A stretch of 64,000 nt of DNA from Candidatus Multivorans sp. Lineage in GTDB: Bacteria; Acidobacteriota; Thermoanaerobaculia; Multivoradales; Multivoraceae. The notes below the pieces were generated by a model. It did not search any database, was not told where the DNA came from, and was given only the letters and a program-made list of their open reading frames with translations. Positions 1 through 10,814 of this stretch are shown here, in pieces; the first letter of the stretch is position 1, and each line of letters starts with the position of its first letter. A program made the translations under genes and the position numbers. The stretch spans positions 384,001 through 448,000 of the forward strand of contig OZ251997.1 in assembly GCA_965247095.1 (NCBI GenBank), given 5' to 3'.

Positions 1-311
1 TCTACCCCGACGGCACCACGGAGGTCCTGCTCGACGTCCCGAACTACGACCAGGAATGGCAGACGACGTACCAGTACAAGAAGCCGAAGACGGTGCCTGC
101 CGGTACCCGGGTCGAGGTCTCGATGTGGTTCGAGAACTCGGCCGACCGCGGCGAGGAGCGCGGCTTCGACCCGGCCGACAACGTGATCAACGGCACGGCC
201 ACCACCGACGAGATGATGCTCGGCTTCGTCGCCTACGCACCGGTCGTGCCGGTCGACCAGATGTCGCTGCGGCTCGGGATCGCTCCGGACCAGAGCACCG
301 GCGGGGAGTAG
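1..311 (+). CDS. C-terminal part of a copper type II monooxygenase-like (PHM/DBH-fold) protein; gene runs off the left edge
   Basis: Frame from nt 3 reads YPDGTTEVLLDVPNYDQEWQTTY..VPAGTRV..FENSAD..TTDEMMLGFVAY, closely matching the C-terminal half of 56029..57510. Confidence 0.8.
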   Translation, partial: YPDGTTEVLLDVPNYDQEWQTTYQYKKPKTVPAGTRVEVSMWFENSADRGEERGFDPADNVINGTATTDEMMLGFVAYAPVVPVDQMSLRLGIAPDQSTGGE

Positions 312-322
312 GGGCTCCAGTC

Positions 323-991
323 ATGACCGTCCTCCGCGGGCGGCGGCTGCCTGCGGCTGCCGCACTGTCGCTGTTACTGGGGGCCGTTGTCGCGGGCCCG
401 GCCGTTGGTCAGTTCGCGAGCAGGGACAAGGTCATCGAGAAGCCCTCGAAGGAGGGCGAGGGGAAGAAACTCGATGCCTCGGGCCTGACCGTCGGCTTCG
501 CGGCACTGGTCAGCGTGACGCGCTCGATCGATCAGGTCGAGATCGATGGCGCTCCCGTCGAGGTGAACGCCGGCAAGCTGCCGCAGATCGGCGTGGACTG
601 GGACTCGTTCAGCGAGCACGAGGGCGGTCTGCTCGAGTTCCAGACCGCGGCGGCGATCAAGCTCCGCACCGCTACGGACCTGCTGATCGGCGACCTCGTG
701 GTGCCGACGGGCAACGTGTCTCCCGGTTTTGCCGGTCTCTATAGCCTGTGGCTGCGTCTCGACGATGACGGACAGTGGAAGCTGATCGTCAACCACGAGC
801 CCGATGTCTGGGGATCGATGCACGATCCGGCCCATGACCTCGGCGAAACGCGGCTCGAGCACTCCGTCGAGGAAGGCGAGAACACGAGCCTGACGATCGA
901 GATCGAGCCGCCCGAGGGCGATGCCGCCGGTGCTCTGAAGCTGTCCTGGGGAGAGCACCGCTGGCGCACCAGTCTCTCTGCCGCCGGCTGA
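323..991 (+). CDS. Secreted DUF2911-like protein
   Basis: ATG at 323, signal peptide, GLYSLWL..WKLIVN...WGSMHDP..DLG and LKLSWG motifs. Confidence 0.55.
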   Translation: MTVLRGRRLPAAAALSLLLGAVVAGPAVGQFASRDKVIEKPSKEGEGKKLDASGLTVGFAALVSVTRSIDQVEIDGAPVEVNAGKLPQIGVDWDSFSEHEGGLLEFQTAAAIKLRTATDLLIGDLVVPTGNVSPGFAGLYSLWLRLDDDGQWKLIVNHEPDVWGSMHDPAHDLGETRLEHSVEEGENTSLTIEIEPPEGDAAGALKLSWGEHRWRTSLSAAG

Positions 992-1082
992 CGCGCAGGT
1001 TCTCGTTACGCCGCTAAGAGCGTGCGCCGCAGAACATCCGCGGAACAATGGGGTACGCCGATTCTTCCTGCCGCGCACGCTG

Positions 1083-2357
1083 CTAGCTCGCGCCGACAGG
1101 CGTAATCGGCCGCGCCCCGAGCACGGGGGCGTGCAACCCAAAGGCGACAAGGGCGCCGGCGAGGCAGCCAGCCGCCATGATCGAGAAGGTCAGGACGTGG
1201 GAGCCTGACCAGTCCGAGAGCATTCCGGCCAAGGTGGGAGCGGCTGGCGCGATGATGCCAGTGATCGCGAAGCGGGTGCCGACAGTGGTGCCGAACGCGC
1301 GCCGGCCGTAGAAGGACGAGTAAACGACCGGAATGCAGACGTAGGCGGCGCCGAAGCCCAGACCGACGAGCACCACGGAGGCGTAGGCGAGGAACGGTGT
1401 CTTCGCCACCACGAGGCCGGCGCAGCCTGCTCCCTCGAGCAGGAGCACGATGGCGAGCAGCCGCTGGGGCGGCATGAAATCGCCGACGAAGGCGCTGAAC
1501 CTGCCGAACAGACTGACCAGGACCCGGGCTCCGAGGATGGAGCCCGCCATTGCGGTGGTGAAGCCCAGGGACTCGAGGTGGAGACGGCCGTAGACGCTGA
1601 TGATCCCCCACGGCACACCGTAGGCGATCGACAGCGCAACGAGGAGGTAGAACTGGTGGGTGCGCAGGGCGAGCGGCGCGGTCCATTCGCCCAGACCGGT
1701 TGGGCCGTGCGCGTCCTCCGGCTCCTGTTCGGCCTCGGCCGCTCCACCGTCGGGCTGCTGGCCGACCCTCTCCGGCGTGCCGCGGATAGAGAGCGCTGCG
1801 ACCACGGCGACTACGGCCGAGATGCCGGCGATGATCAGCCAGCCGGTCCGCCAGTCGGCGACCCTGAGGACCTCCGGCGCGAAGTACTTGTTGACGCCGA
1901 AGCCGACTACGGCGCCGCCGCCCAGCACGAGGGCCATGGCTTTGGAGCGATAGCGGACGAACCAGTTCGAGGCCAGCGTCTGAGCTGGCAGGATGGTCGC
2001 GAAGCCGATCGCGATTCCGCCCAGGACTCCGTAGGCGAGTACGGAGTCGGCGAAGGAGTCGGCCCGGCTCATGAGCCAGAAGGCCAGCACCGCAACCACG
2101 GAGCCGGGCACCATGACCGAGCGGATTCCCCAGCGTCCCATCGCGATCCCGACCACCGGCCCGAGCAGGTGGTAGATCCAACTGAAGACGCTGAATACCA
2201 ATCCCGACTGCGTGTCGCTCAGCGACAGGTCCTGCTGCATCTCGGGCAGGAACAGCCCCCAACCGTAGTACATCGGCGAGATGCCGAAGCCATAGCAGAG
2301 CGAGCCGAGGCCCATCATCTGCCATCCGAGGAAGCGGCGGGGCGGGTTGCTCGTCAT
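1083..2357 (-). CDS. MFS transporter (OFA/MCT-like)
   Basis: About 12 hydrophobic segments, GRWGIR loop motif, ASNWF..RSKAMA motif. Confidence 0.9.
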   Translation of the reverse strand: MTSNPPRRFLGWQMMGLGSLCYGFGISPMYYGWGLFLPEMQQDLSLSDTQSGLVFSVFSWIYHLLGPVVGIAMGRWGIRSVMVPGSVVAVLAFWLMSRADSFADSVLAYGVLGGIAIGFATILPAQTLASNWFVRYRSKAMALVLGGGAVVGFGVNKYFAPEVLRVADWRTGWLIIAGISAVVAVVAALSIRGTPERVGQQPDGGAAEAEQEPEDAHGPTGLGEWTAPLALRTHQFYLLVALSIAYGVPWGIISVYGRLHLESLGFTTAMAGSILGARVLVSLFGRFSAFVGDFMPPQRLLAIVLLLEGAGCAGLVVAKTPFLAYASVVLVGLGFGAAYVCIPVVYSSFYGRRAFGTTVGTRFAITGIIAPAAPTLAGMLSDWSGSHVLTFSIMAAGCLAGALVAFGLHAPVLGARPITPVGAS

Positions 2358-2401
2358 TCCCGCTATCCCCGTGTGTTGTCTGGTGAGGTCGTTGCCGTCG
2401 A

Positions 2402-4003
2402 CTACTGCCTGCGGATCGCTTCCAGGCGGTCGTTGATCTCCCGTTCCAGCGCGGCGCCCATCTTCACCTCGTCGCCCAGTTCGAGATACGCCTGCTTGTC
2501 CGGGTCGAACTCAGGCCACGCCGGTCGGCCGCCGCCGTTGGGGTCGCCCGTGCGGGCGAACTGCACCCAGTAGTCGATCATCAGCGCCGCCAGGGCATCG
2601 TCCGTCGCGTCGTACTTTTCGCCCTCGAGCGTGTTGAAGACGTAGCCGAGTTCGGCCGCGTGATGCGCGCCCCAGGCCGGGTTCTCCGGGTTGACGCGGG
2701 TGAAGTGGTACTGAAACGCGGGCGAGGAGACCTTGTCCATGCCGAGCAGCATCTTGCGCGTTGCGCGCAGGAACCAAGTGTCGGTCATGAAGCGGTCGTG
2801 CTGCACCTTGAGTTCGTCGGCGTTCGACGACGGGTAGAGCTTGGCGACCTCTTCGGCGTCGTCGCCGTAGACGCCCTTGAGCATTGCCAGGAACTGCGCC
2901 CGCTCGGTGAGCGGCTGGAAGGCCATGAACATCGTGCCCTCGTTGCGGTTCGTGCCGGCGATCAGGGGCACGTCGTTCTGTTCGCCGGCCGCGTACCGGT
3001 CCTCACTCGACTCGGGCATGAACTTGGTGCCGTAAGTGACGTGGGGTTCGTAGCTGCCGAGCGCGCCGCCCTGGGCGGTCCTGGTGATGATCGTGCCGGC
3101 CTCGAGGGCTCGCAGCGCCTCCGCGGTCTGGTCCGCGCCGTCGTCCAGCATCGCCTTGGTCCAGGCGACTCCTACGTCCTCCGCGCTGGCAAGCCGGCCC
3201 TTGGCGCCGCGCAGCGGGCGGATGTTCGTGTCGGTGACCCAGGGGCTCTCCGCGATCGCCCGGTGGATCAGGCCCTTTGCCAGCGGGCTTGCCATCAGGG
3301 CGTGAACACTGGTGCCGCCGGCGGACTCGCCGAAGATCGTCACGTTGTTCGGGTCGCCTCCAAACTGGGCGATGTTCCGGTTGACCCACTGAAGGGCCGC
3401 GATCTGATCGAGGAAGCCGTAGTTGCCGGATTCGCCCGATTCCTTCGATAGCGCGGGATGCGCCAGGTAACCGAGCGGGCCGAGCCGGTAGTTGATCGAA
3501 ACCAGCACCGCGCCCTTGCCGGCGAAGGCGGAACCCTCGTATTGGGCCTGTTGGCTCCATCCCAGGCTCAAGCCGCCTCCGTGGATCCAGACCATGACCG
3601 GACGCGGGTCGTCGCCGGCGCCGGCGGTAGTCCAGACATTCAGGAACAGGCAGTCCTCCGAGCTCTTCGGCAGGGACTCGCCGGTCAGCATCGCCAGAGC
3701 CGGGCTCTGGGGGCAGATGGCGCCGAACTCGGTCGCCTCGCGTACGCTGCTCCACTTCGCCGGCGCCTGCGGCGCCTTCCAGCGCAGGTCGCCCTCGGGG
3801 GCCGCCGCGAAGGGGATGCCGCGGTAGACCGTCAAGCCGCTCGCCTCGTCGAGGACTTCGCCGCGCAGCGAACCCGTGTCGATGTCGACGACGGCGGCGT
3901 TGCTGCCGGCACCGTTCGCAGTCGATGTCGGCAAAAAGGCGACGGTGAGCACCGTCGTGGCGACGAGGAGCGTAACGACGACTCGGAAACGGTGGATGGT
4001 CAT
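2402..4003 (-). CDS. Secreted type-B carboxylesterase
   Basis: SEDCLFLNVW, WIHGGG oxyanion motif, FGESAGG nucleophile elbow, signal peptide. Confidence 0.95.
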   Translation of the reverse strand: MTIHRFRVVVTLLVATTVLTVAFLPTSTANGAGSNAAVVDIDTGSLRGEVLDEASGLTVYRGIPFAAAPEGDLRWKAPQAPAKWSSVREATEFGAICPQSPALAMLTGESLPKSSEDCLFLNVWTTAGAGDDPRPVMVWIHGGGLSLGWSQQAQYEGSAFAGKGAVLVSINYRLGPLGYLAHPALSKESGESGNYGFLDQIAALQWVNRNIAQFGGDPNNVTIFGESAGGTSVHALMASPLAKGLIHRAIAESPWVTDTNIRPLRGAKGRLASAEDVGVAWTKAMLDDGADQTAEALRALEAGTIITRTAQGGALGSYEPHVTYGTKFMPESSEDRYAAGEQNDVPLIAGTNRNEGTMFMAFQPLTERAQFLAMLKGVYGDDAEEVAKLYPSSNADELKVQHDRFMTDTWFLRATRKMLLGMDKVSSPAFQYHFTRVNPENPAWGAHHAAELGYVFNTLEGEKYDATDDALAALMIDYWVQFARTGDPNGGGRPAWPEFDPDKQAYLELGDEVKMGAALEREINDRLEAIRRQ

Positions 4004-4209
4004 GAATTCTCCTTCTCGATCCTTGGGGCCCGACTGTTGCGTCGAGGTCCGATGGTAGTCATCGCGTTTGGCCTGGTACCGAAGGCGGCATCCTAGCGGA
4101 ACGTCGAAGCCGGAGATGGACGTTTGTCACAGGTCGGCAGAGCCACTAAGGTCGTCTTTGCGGCGAGAGATGGCGGCCGCGAACACTGGCCCATTCAAAG
4201 AAGCGCAGG

Positions 4210-4767
4210 TTGATGTCAGAACTCTCTGTAGGTGCGAAAGAAACGGCGGGGCGGCTTGATTTGGTGGGTCGGCGGCTCGCGGTAGTCGTTCCGAGCACTG
4301 TCCTCCTGTTGCTGGCTGTTCCGCTGCAAGCCGGCGAAGCGAAAGTGCCGGCAGCCGCGGCCGCATCGGAGATCGTTGCTTCCGACAACTCGGAGAGCGG
4401 CGGCTGTGTCGAAAGCAGCACGGTCATGTGCCTGCAGGATGGCCGTTACGAAGCGACGCTCGAGTGGATGAAGTCCGACGGCGAGGTGGGCTCAGCCAAG
4501 GTGGCAAGACCCCGGACCAGGGATTCCGGCTTGTTCTACTTCTTCAGCTACAACAACTGGGAGGTGCTGCTCAAGGTGCTGGATGGCTGCGCCGTCAACC
4601 GGCATCATTGGGTGTACGCCGCCTCGGCGACCGATCTCGGCCTCAACATGGTGGTTCGGGACACGGTCACCGGACAGGAGAAGGTCTACTTCAAGGGACC
4701 GGGCCCTCCGGCGCCGGCGACCACGGACTCCGGGGCGTTTCCGGACGGCTGCGAGGCGCCCTCGTAG
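4210..4767 (+). CDS. Secreted protein with Cys-containing domain typical of Thermoanaerobaculia-like Acidobacteria (true start probably later)
   Basis: CLQDGRY..W..SGLFYFF..NWEVLLKVLDGCAVNRHHWVYAASATD pattern after a hydrophobic signal. Confidence 0.65.
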   Translation: MMSELSVGAKETAGRLDLVGRRLAVVVPSTVLLLLAVPLQAGEAKVPAAAAASEIVASDNSESGGCVESSTVMCLQDGRYEATLEWMKSDGEVGSAKVARPRTRDSGLFYFFSYNNWEVLLKVLDGCAVNRHHWVYAASATDLGLNMVVRDTVTGQEKVYFKGPGPPAPATTDSGAFPDGCEAPS

Positions 4768-4818
4768 CTGTTTGCCCGTCAGGGTTCGCCGCCGGGCGTT
4801 GACGCCGCCCGCGCCGCG

Positions 4819-5784
4819 TCAGCCGTGGAGCGCTGCCAGTAACCGCAGACTCTGCTGCACCTCTTCCGGGGCAGCATCGGGGACGCCGCAACGGGCGATC
4901 AGGTGGGTCATGCCGATCAGCCCGGTGTAGCGGTCGATGCCATCGCGGACCTGCGGGAGATCGCCCACGAGGGCCCAGTTCTCGATGTCCAGGAGCTGCT
5001 CTTCGTTCACCAGGCGGCTGCCGGAGCGTGCCATGCGAACTGCCTGGGCGATCAGGCCGGAGCGGACGCGATCGCACGTCTGGCGGTCATTCGAGACGAA
5101 CACGGTGCGCATGATCGGCACGATGGGCCGCGGGGCGCCGGCAGGCAAAGCATCGCGGTGGACCTGGTGGTTCGCTTTCAGGCGTTGGATCGTCTCGAGC
5201 GGCGACGACAGGTACGGCAGGCCGAGTTCGCCGGCCTGCTTGAGCGCCAGCGGGCCGAAAGCGGCGACCCAGAGTTCGGGATGCGGCTGCTGGACCGGCA
5301 GCGGGGACAGGCGGACGCGGGTGCGCGCTTCCCCTTCGCCAACCTCGATCGCCTCGCCGGCCCAGGCGCGCCTCATCAGGTCGAGGGACTCCGAGAATCG
5401 CTTCCGCTTCGTCCGCGGATCCACCCCGAAGGCGGCGAACAGTGCCGGGCGGAAACCGCGTCCCAGGCCCAGGATCACCCTGCCGTTCGAGATCCGGTCG
5501 AGCACCGCGACCTCCTCGGCGGCCTGGAAGGCGTTGCGAATCGGCAGTAGGTAGGAGGTGGTTCCGACACGCAAGCGGGTCGTCCGCGCCGCCGCGGCGG
5601 CGAGGACGACCAGGGGTGATGGGCAGGCGGCAGAGCCGGTGAAGTGGCTTTCGGGCAGGAAGAGCGAATGGAAGCCGAGCCGGTCGGCGAACTCCGCCTG
5701 CTCGGCGATCGCGGCCGCCTGGTCGCCCAGGTGGTCAACCCAGGGGGTGAGTCCGACCTGGATCCTGTTCGCTTCCTCCGTCAT
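4819..5784 (-). CDS. Luciferase-like (LLM) flavin-dependent oxidoreductase
   Basis: PESHF, AARTTRLRVGT, AEEVAVLDRISNGRVILGLGRG, PxPVQQPHP motifs. Confidence 0.92.
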   Translation of the reverse strand: MTEEANRIQVGLTPWVDHLGDQAAAIAEQAEFADRLGFHSLFLPESHFTGSAACPSPLVVLAAAAARTTRLRVGTTSYLLPIRNAFQAAEEVAVLDRISNGRVILGLGRGFRPALFAAFGVDPRTKRKRFSESLDLMRRAWAGEAIEVGEGEARTRVRLSPLPVQQPHPELWVAAFGPLALKQAGELGLPYLSSPLETIQRLKANHQVHRDALPAGAPRPIVPIMRTVFVSNDRQTCDRVRSGLIAQAVRMARSGSRLVNEEQLLDIENWALVGDLPQVRDGIDRYTGLIGMTHLIARCGVPDAAPEEVQQSLRLLAALHG

Positions 5785-5805
5785 CCGCCGGCCTGGCTGT
5801 GCCGG

Positions 5806-7890
5806 TCAGGCGCGCCAGTCGCTGAAGCTCTTGCCCTGGGCGGCCAGGTCCGCCAGCAGTCCTGACGGCTGCCAGAAGTCGTCGCCGGTCTCGCCCGCGA
5901 ACTCCCGCATCCGGTCCGCGATCTTCGCCAGACCGATGCTGTCGCCCCAGTGCATCGGACCGCCCCGGTAGATGGGCCAGCCGTAGCCGTTGACCCAGAT
6001 CACGTCGATGTCGGAGGGACGGATCGCGATCCCCTCTTCCAGGATCTTCGCGCCCTCGTTCACCATGGGGTAGAGACAGCGCTCGACGATCTCCTCCTCG
6101 CCGATCTCGCGCTGGGCGATGCCCCGGGCGGCGCCGAAGTCGCTGATGATCTGGAGCACCTCCGGATCGGGCGCTGAGGCCCGGGTCTCCGGGTCGTAGA
6201 CGTAGTAGCCGCGGCCGTTCTTCTGACCGCGCCGGCCGGACTCGCACAGGATGTCGCGGATGTCGCGGGACGCCGACTCCTTCTCGTTCCAGCCGATGTC
6301 GAGGCCGGCGAGGTCGCTCATGGCGAACGGGCCCATGGGGAAGCCGAAGTCGTACAGGACGCGGTCGACGTCGTAGTACTTGGCGCCTTCCAGGATGATC
6401 CGCTGCGCCTGCGTCTGGCGCTGGAAGAGGATCCGGTTGCCGACGAAGCCGCGGCAGACGCCGACCAGCACCGGTACCTTGCCGATCTGCTTGGACAAGG
6501 TCATCGAGGTGTGGATCACGTCCTTCGCCGTCTTCTCGCCGCGCACCACCTCGAGCAGGCGCATGATGTTGGCCGGCGAGAAGAAGTGCATGCCGATCAC
6601 GTCCTCCGGCCTGCTGGTGGCGGAGGCGATCTCGTTCACGTCGAGCGCTGAGGTGTTCGTGGCCAGAATCGCGCCCGGCTTCACGATCCGGTCCAGGCTC
6701 GCGAAGATGTCCTTCTTGAGATCCATGTTCTCGAACACGGCCTCGATCACCAGGTCGCAGTCGGCGAGGGCTTCGCGGTCGGTGACGCCGTTGAGCAGCC
6801 CCATGCATTCGTCGACCTGGTCCATCGTCATCCGTCCGCGCTTGGCGGTGCGCTCGTAGTTCTTGCGGATGACGCCGAAGCCGTGGTCGATGCGGCTCTG
6901 CTCGGCCTCGACGATCGTCACGCCGATGCCGCGGTTGGCGAAGTTCATCGAAATGCCTCCGCCCATCGTGCCGCAGCCGAGGATGCCGACCTTCTCGATC
7001 TTGCGCATCTGGGTGTCGCGCGGCACGTCGGGCACCTTGGCCGCTTCGCGCTCGGCGAAGAAGTAGTAGCGCTGGGCGATCGACTGTTTGCCCGTCATCA
7101 GCTCCACGAACAGGCGCCGCTCGTAGGCGAGCGCTTCGTCGAACGACATGTCGAGCCCGGCTTCGATGGCCCGCACGTTCGCCTCCGGGGCGTCGAAGCC
7201 GCGCGTGCGGCGGCCGATGCGGCGCCGGAAATCGTCGAAGAGCTGCCGGTTGGCCCGCGCCTCGTTGACCTTTTCCTCGAGGTCGCGGATCTTCTTGAGA
7301 GGTCGGTCTTCGGCGATCACTTTCTCGGCGAAGGCGACGCCGCCCTCGAACACGTCGTCGACGATTTCGTCGATCAGGCCGCCCTCCAGGGCCTCTGATG
7401 CGGCGATCGGGTTGCCGACCGCGCACATCTCGAGCGCCTTCGGGTAGCCGACCAACCGCGGCAGTCGCTGGGTACCGCCTGCGCCGGGCAGCAGGCCGAG
7501 CTTGACCTCAGGCTGGCCAAAGCGGGCGGAGGCTATGCCCACCCGGTAGTGGCAAGCCATCGCCGTCTCCAGGCCGCCGCCGAGCGCGGTGCCGTGAATC
7601 GCCGCGACGACCGGCTTGGAGGACTGCTCCATCGCCTCGATCGCCTCGTTCAGCCCCGGCGCCTTCATCGGTTTGCCGAACTCGGTGATGTCGGCGCCGG
7701 CGATGAAGGTGCGGCCCTTGCAGACCAGCAGCACGGCGACCACGTCCTCATCGGCTGCGGCCTTGGCGAGGCCGTCGACCATCCCGGCTCGGACGCCGTG
7801 GCTGAGCGCGTTGACGGGTGGGTTGTCGATCACAAGCAGGGCGACGCCGCCGCGGACTTCGTAGTCGACCATGTCTGTCAGTGGGGTCAT
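5806..7890 (-). CDS. Enoyl-CoA hydratase / 3-hydroxyacyl-CoA dehydrogenase (FadB/FadJ-like)
   Basis: [38 protein letters not shown] Rossmann motif, HFFSPAN. Confidence 0.95.
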   Translation of the reverse strand: MTPLTDMVDYEVRGGVALLVIDNPPVNALSHGVRAGMVDGLAKAAADEDVVAVLLVCKGRTFIAGADITEFGKPMKAPGLNEAIEAMEQSSKPVVAAIHGTALGGGLETAMACHYRVGIASARFGQPEVKLGLLPGAGGTQRLPRLVGYPKALEMCAVGNPIAASEALEGGLIDEIVDDVFEGGVAFAEKVIAEDRPLKKIRDLEEKVNEARANRQLFDDFRRRIGRRTRGFDAPEANVRAIEAGLDMSFDEALAYERRLFVELMTGKQSIAQRYYFFAEREAAKVPDVPRDTQMRKIEKVGILGCGTMGGGISMNFANRGIGVTIVEAEQSRIDHGFGVIRKNYERTAKRGRMTMDQVDECMGLLNGVTDREALADCDLVIEAVFENMDLKKDIFASLDRIVKPGAILATNTSALDVNEIASATSRPEDVIGMHFFSPANIMRLLEVVRGEKTAKDVIHTSMTLSKQIGKVPVLVGVCRGFVGNRILFQRQTQAQRIILEGAKYYDVDRVLYDFGFPMGPFAMSDLAGLDIGWNEKESASRDIRDILCESGRRGQKNGRGYYVYDPETRASAPDPEVLQIISDFGAARGIAQREIGEEEIVERCLYPMVNEGAKILEEGIAIRPSDIDVIWVNGYGWPIYRGGPMHWGDSIGLAKIADRMREFAGETGDDFWQPSGLLADLAAQGKSFSDWRA

Positions 7891-8189
7891 GCTTCTGATC
7901 TCTCCTGGCGCGGGCGCGCCGACGGGTTGCTTGAGGATGGCTGGCGAAACGGAGCGGTATCGTAGCCGCTTACTCGCTGGTCAGCTCATCCAGATAGTGG
8001 CGGATGCGGGCTGTGTTCTTGTCGAACCGGGCGCCGAGAACGCCGACCAGTCCAGTCACCAGCGCGAGGGCGGACACAAGGGGCGAAGCGAGAGCGGTCA
8101 GTGAGTACATAGGGGCTTGGAGGGTAGCAGGGACTGCTACGGTTCTCTGGTCCGTCGCCGCCCCTTCGAATGCCGCAGCCTTCATCGTC

Positions 8190-9551
8190 GTGCAGGAAGT
8201 CCGCTCCGCCCTCGCTCTTCCCGAGCTGTTGGTGGTGGCCCTGCTCTGGTTGCCACTCGTTTCATGCGCTGGCGATCCGGCCGGCAGGGGTGAGGTCCGG
8301 CGGCCGAACATCGTCCTCTACGTCGTCGATACCGTCCGTGCGGACCGCCTCGGCGTCTACGGATACGAGAAGCCCACTTCGCCGCGGCTGGACGCCTTCG
8401 CGGAAGGCGCCGTCCTGTTCGAGAACGCCTACGCCCAGTCCTCGTGGACCCGGCCCGCGGTGGCATCCCTGTTCACCGGCCTCCTGCCGCCCGGGCACCG
8501 CACCGTCGACCGTCGTTCCGTGCTGCCCGAGGAGGCGGTCACCCTGACGGAGATCCTGTCCGCCAACGGCTACGAAGGCCTGGGCCTCATCCGCAATCCG
8601 AACGTCGGCCGGGCCTTCGGGTTCGCTCAGGGCTTCACGCGTTTTCGCAGCGAGGACCGCGACCGCGACGAGACGATGCTGGACCGGGTCCGCGTCTGGC
8701 TCGATGAGCGGCAGGGCGCCGAGGTTCCGTTCTTTCTCTACCTCCATGCGATCGACCCCCACGGCCCCTACGCGCCGGCGCCAGAGTTCGAGCAGATGTT
8801 CGACGCCGGCGGGGCGCCCGCGCACTACCGTACGGTGAACTACCTGCTGCAGTTGAACCGCGGCGAGGTGGAGCCTGATGCCGGCACGGCCGAGGCACTG
8901 TCCCGGCTCTACGACGCGGAAGTCGCCCAGAACGACCGCGCCTTCGGCCAGCTCCTCGATGAACTCGAGACACGCGGTCTGGCCGGTGACACCGCGGTGA
9001 TCTACGTGTCGGATCACGGCGAGGAATTCGAGGAGCACGGCCGCTGGGAACATGGCATCTCGCTCTACGAGGAGGTGCTTCGGATTCCCTTCGTCATGCG
9101 CCTGCCGGGCATCGCCCCGCGCCGCATCGAGACGGCGGCCCAGCACGTCGATCTGCTGCCGACCCTGCTCGCCTATCTCGGCATCGAAGCGCCGGCGACG
9201 GACGGTCGCAATCTGCTCGCAGCCCGGCGTGCCGGCGATGGCCGGCCGGACGTATACACCCATCTCGACATCGACGGTCATCGCGCTGCCTCGGTGATCC
9301 GCGGTCGCTACAAGCTGGTGCTGCCGCAGTCGCCGTCGCAGGGCAGCGAGCCGATGCTGTTCGACCTGGAGACGGATCCCGGCGAGCGGGAGAACCTGGC
9401 GTCCGGTCGCCCGGAGATCGTCGAACGCATGCTGGACCTGCTCGTCGATCGCGGCCTCGCCGGCGAAGTAGAACCCGCTCTCGAGATCGACGAGGACGAG
9501 ATCGACGAGGATCTGCGGCGCAGGCTGAGGGCGCTGGGGTACGTCGACTAA
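8190..9551 (+). CDS. Sulfatase-family protein, probable lipoprotein (start uncertain)
   Basis: PNIVLYVVDTVRAD, SWTRPAVASLFTG, DPHGPY, SDHGEEF motifs; LVSC lipobox-like sequence. Confidence 0.85.
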   Translation: MQEVRSALALPELLVVALLWLPLVSCAGDPAGRGEVRRPNIVLYVVDTVRADRLGVYGYEKPTSPRLDAFAEGAVLFENAYAQSSWTRPAVASLFTGLLPPGHRTVDRRSVLPEEAVTLTEILSANGYEGLGLIRNPNVGRAFGFAQGFTRFRSEDRDRDETMLDRVRVWLDERQGAEVPFFLYLHAIDPHGPYAPAPEFEQMFDAGGAPAHYRTVNYLLQLNRGEVEPDAGTAEALSRLYDAEVAQNDRAFGQLLDELETRGLAGDTAVIYVSDHGEEFEEHGRWEHGISLYEEVLRIPFVMRLPGIAPRRIETAAQHVDLLPTLLAYLGIEAPATDGRNLLAARRAGDGRPDVYTHLDIDGHRAASVIRGRYKLVLPQSPSQGSEPMLFDLETDPGERENLASGRPEIVERMLDLLVDRGLAGEVEPALEIDEDEIDEDLRRRLRALGYVD

Positions 9552-10714
9552 GCGAACCGGCCCGGCGCCAACTCTCGCAGGCACCCTGCCAGCAGCTCGA
9601 TCCCTTCGCGGATCCTGGCGACGGAGGGGCGGGCGTAGGCCAGGCGCAGGAACGGCACGTCCTCGCCCTCTGCGTGGTAGGCAGCGCCGTAGCCATATTC
9701 GAGGCCCCGCCGCTCGCCGAGGGCAAACAGCGCTGCCCGGTCGACCTCGGGCGGCAGGCCCACCCACAGGAACATCGCGCCCGCCGGCTTGCGCCAGGTG
9801 CAGATGCCGCCGAGCTCTTCGGCGAGCGCGGCCAGCAACGCGTCGCGCTTGGGCAGCAGGGCGGCGTTGTTCCGTTCGATCTGGGCCGGCAGACGGCCGC
9901 GCAACAGCTCGGCGACGATGCTCGAGGAGAGCACACTCTGGCCGGCGTCGAAGCGCTGGTCGAGAAGTCGCTGCTGCAGCGGCGGCCTGGCTACGAAGTA
10001 GCCGATCCGGACGCCGGCGCCGAGGATCTTCGATAGCGAGCCGATGTAGATGACGCCTTGGCCTTCGGCCAGGGTGTAGAGCGATTGCGGCGGCTTTGGC
10101 GCGTCGTCGTAGTGGACGTCGGCGTAGCAGTTGTCCTCGACCAGGAGAACGTCGAACTCGCGCGCGGCCTCGATCATCTCGATCCGCCGCTCGCGCGGCA
10201 TCACCGCGCCGGTCGGGTTGTGGTAGGTCGGCAGTGTGTAGATGAACCGTGGCTTACTACCGGCCGCTTCGAGGCGTTCCAGTGTGCGGCGCAGGGCGCC
10301 TACGTCCATGCCGTTCTCGTCGGTGGGCACGCCGACGAGGCGGTAGCCGAGCCCCCGGTAGGCGCCGAGCGTGCCCGAGTACGTCGTCTCCTCCGTGATC
10401 ACGATGTCGCCCGGCTGCTCCATCAGAACCCGGCCGACCAGTGTCACTGCCTGCATCGAGCCGTTCGTCAGGGCGATTTCGTCCGGATCGAACGCCGCAC
10501 CCTCGCGGTCCGCTTCGCGCTGGGCAAGCACCTCGCGCAGACCGAGATGGCCGAGGTCGCCGGGGTAGAGGGCGAAGTCCTTCCCGATGTCGAGAATCGC
10601 CCGGCCGGCCGCCTCGGCCATCTCGGCCGCCGGGAAGGCTTCGGGCGCGGTCATGCCGACCCGCATGGGAATCGGGTCGGCCGGGGTGTCTACAGCAGGT
10701 TTGGATTCGACCAT
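9548..10714 (-). CDS. PLP-dependent aminotransferase class I/II (2-aminoadipate transaminase-like)
   Basis: TNGSMQA, HNPTG, EDNCY, GSLSKILGAGVRIG. Confidence 0.92.
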   Translation of the reverse strand: MVESKPAVDTPADPIPMRVGMTAPEAFPAAEMAEAAGRAILDIGKDFALYPGDLGHLGLREVLAQREADREGAAFDPDEIALTNGSMQAVTLVGRVLMEQPGDIVITEETTYSGTLGAYRGLGYRLVGVPTDENGMDVGALRRTLERLEAAGSKPRFIYTLPTYHNPTGAVMPRERRIEMIEAAREFDVLLVEDNCYADVHYDDAPKPPQSLYTLAEGQGVIYIGSLSKILGAGVRIGYFVARPPLQQRLLDQRFDAGQSVLSSSIVAELLRGRLPAQIERNNAALLPKRDALLAALAEELGGICTWRKPAGAMFLWVGLPPEVDRAALFALGERRGLEYGYGAAYHAEGEDVPFLRLAYARPSVARIREGIELLAGCLRELAPGRFA

Positions 10715-10814
10715 GGCGGCGGCACTGTAGCAGCGCCCGGCGGGCTGGTAACCTCTGCCGCTTCCCTCGACACCAACGGCTACGGCCCCTCAAGGGCTGC
10801 AAGGAGAACGGACA

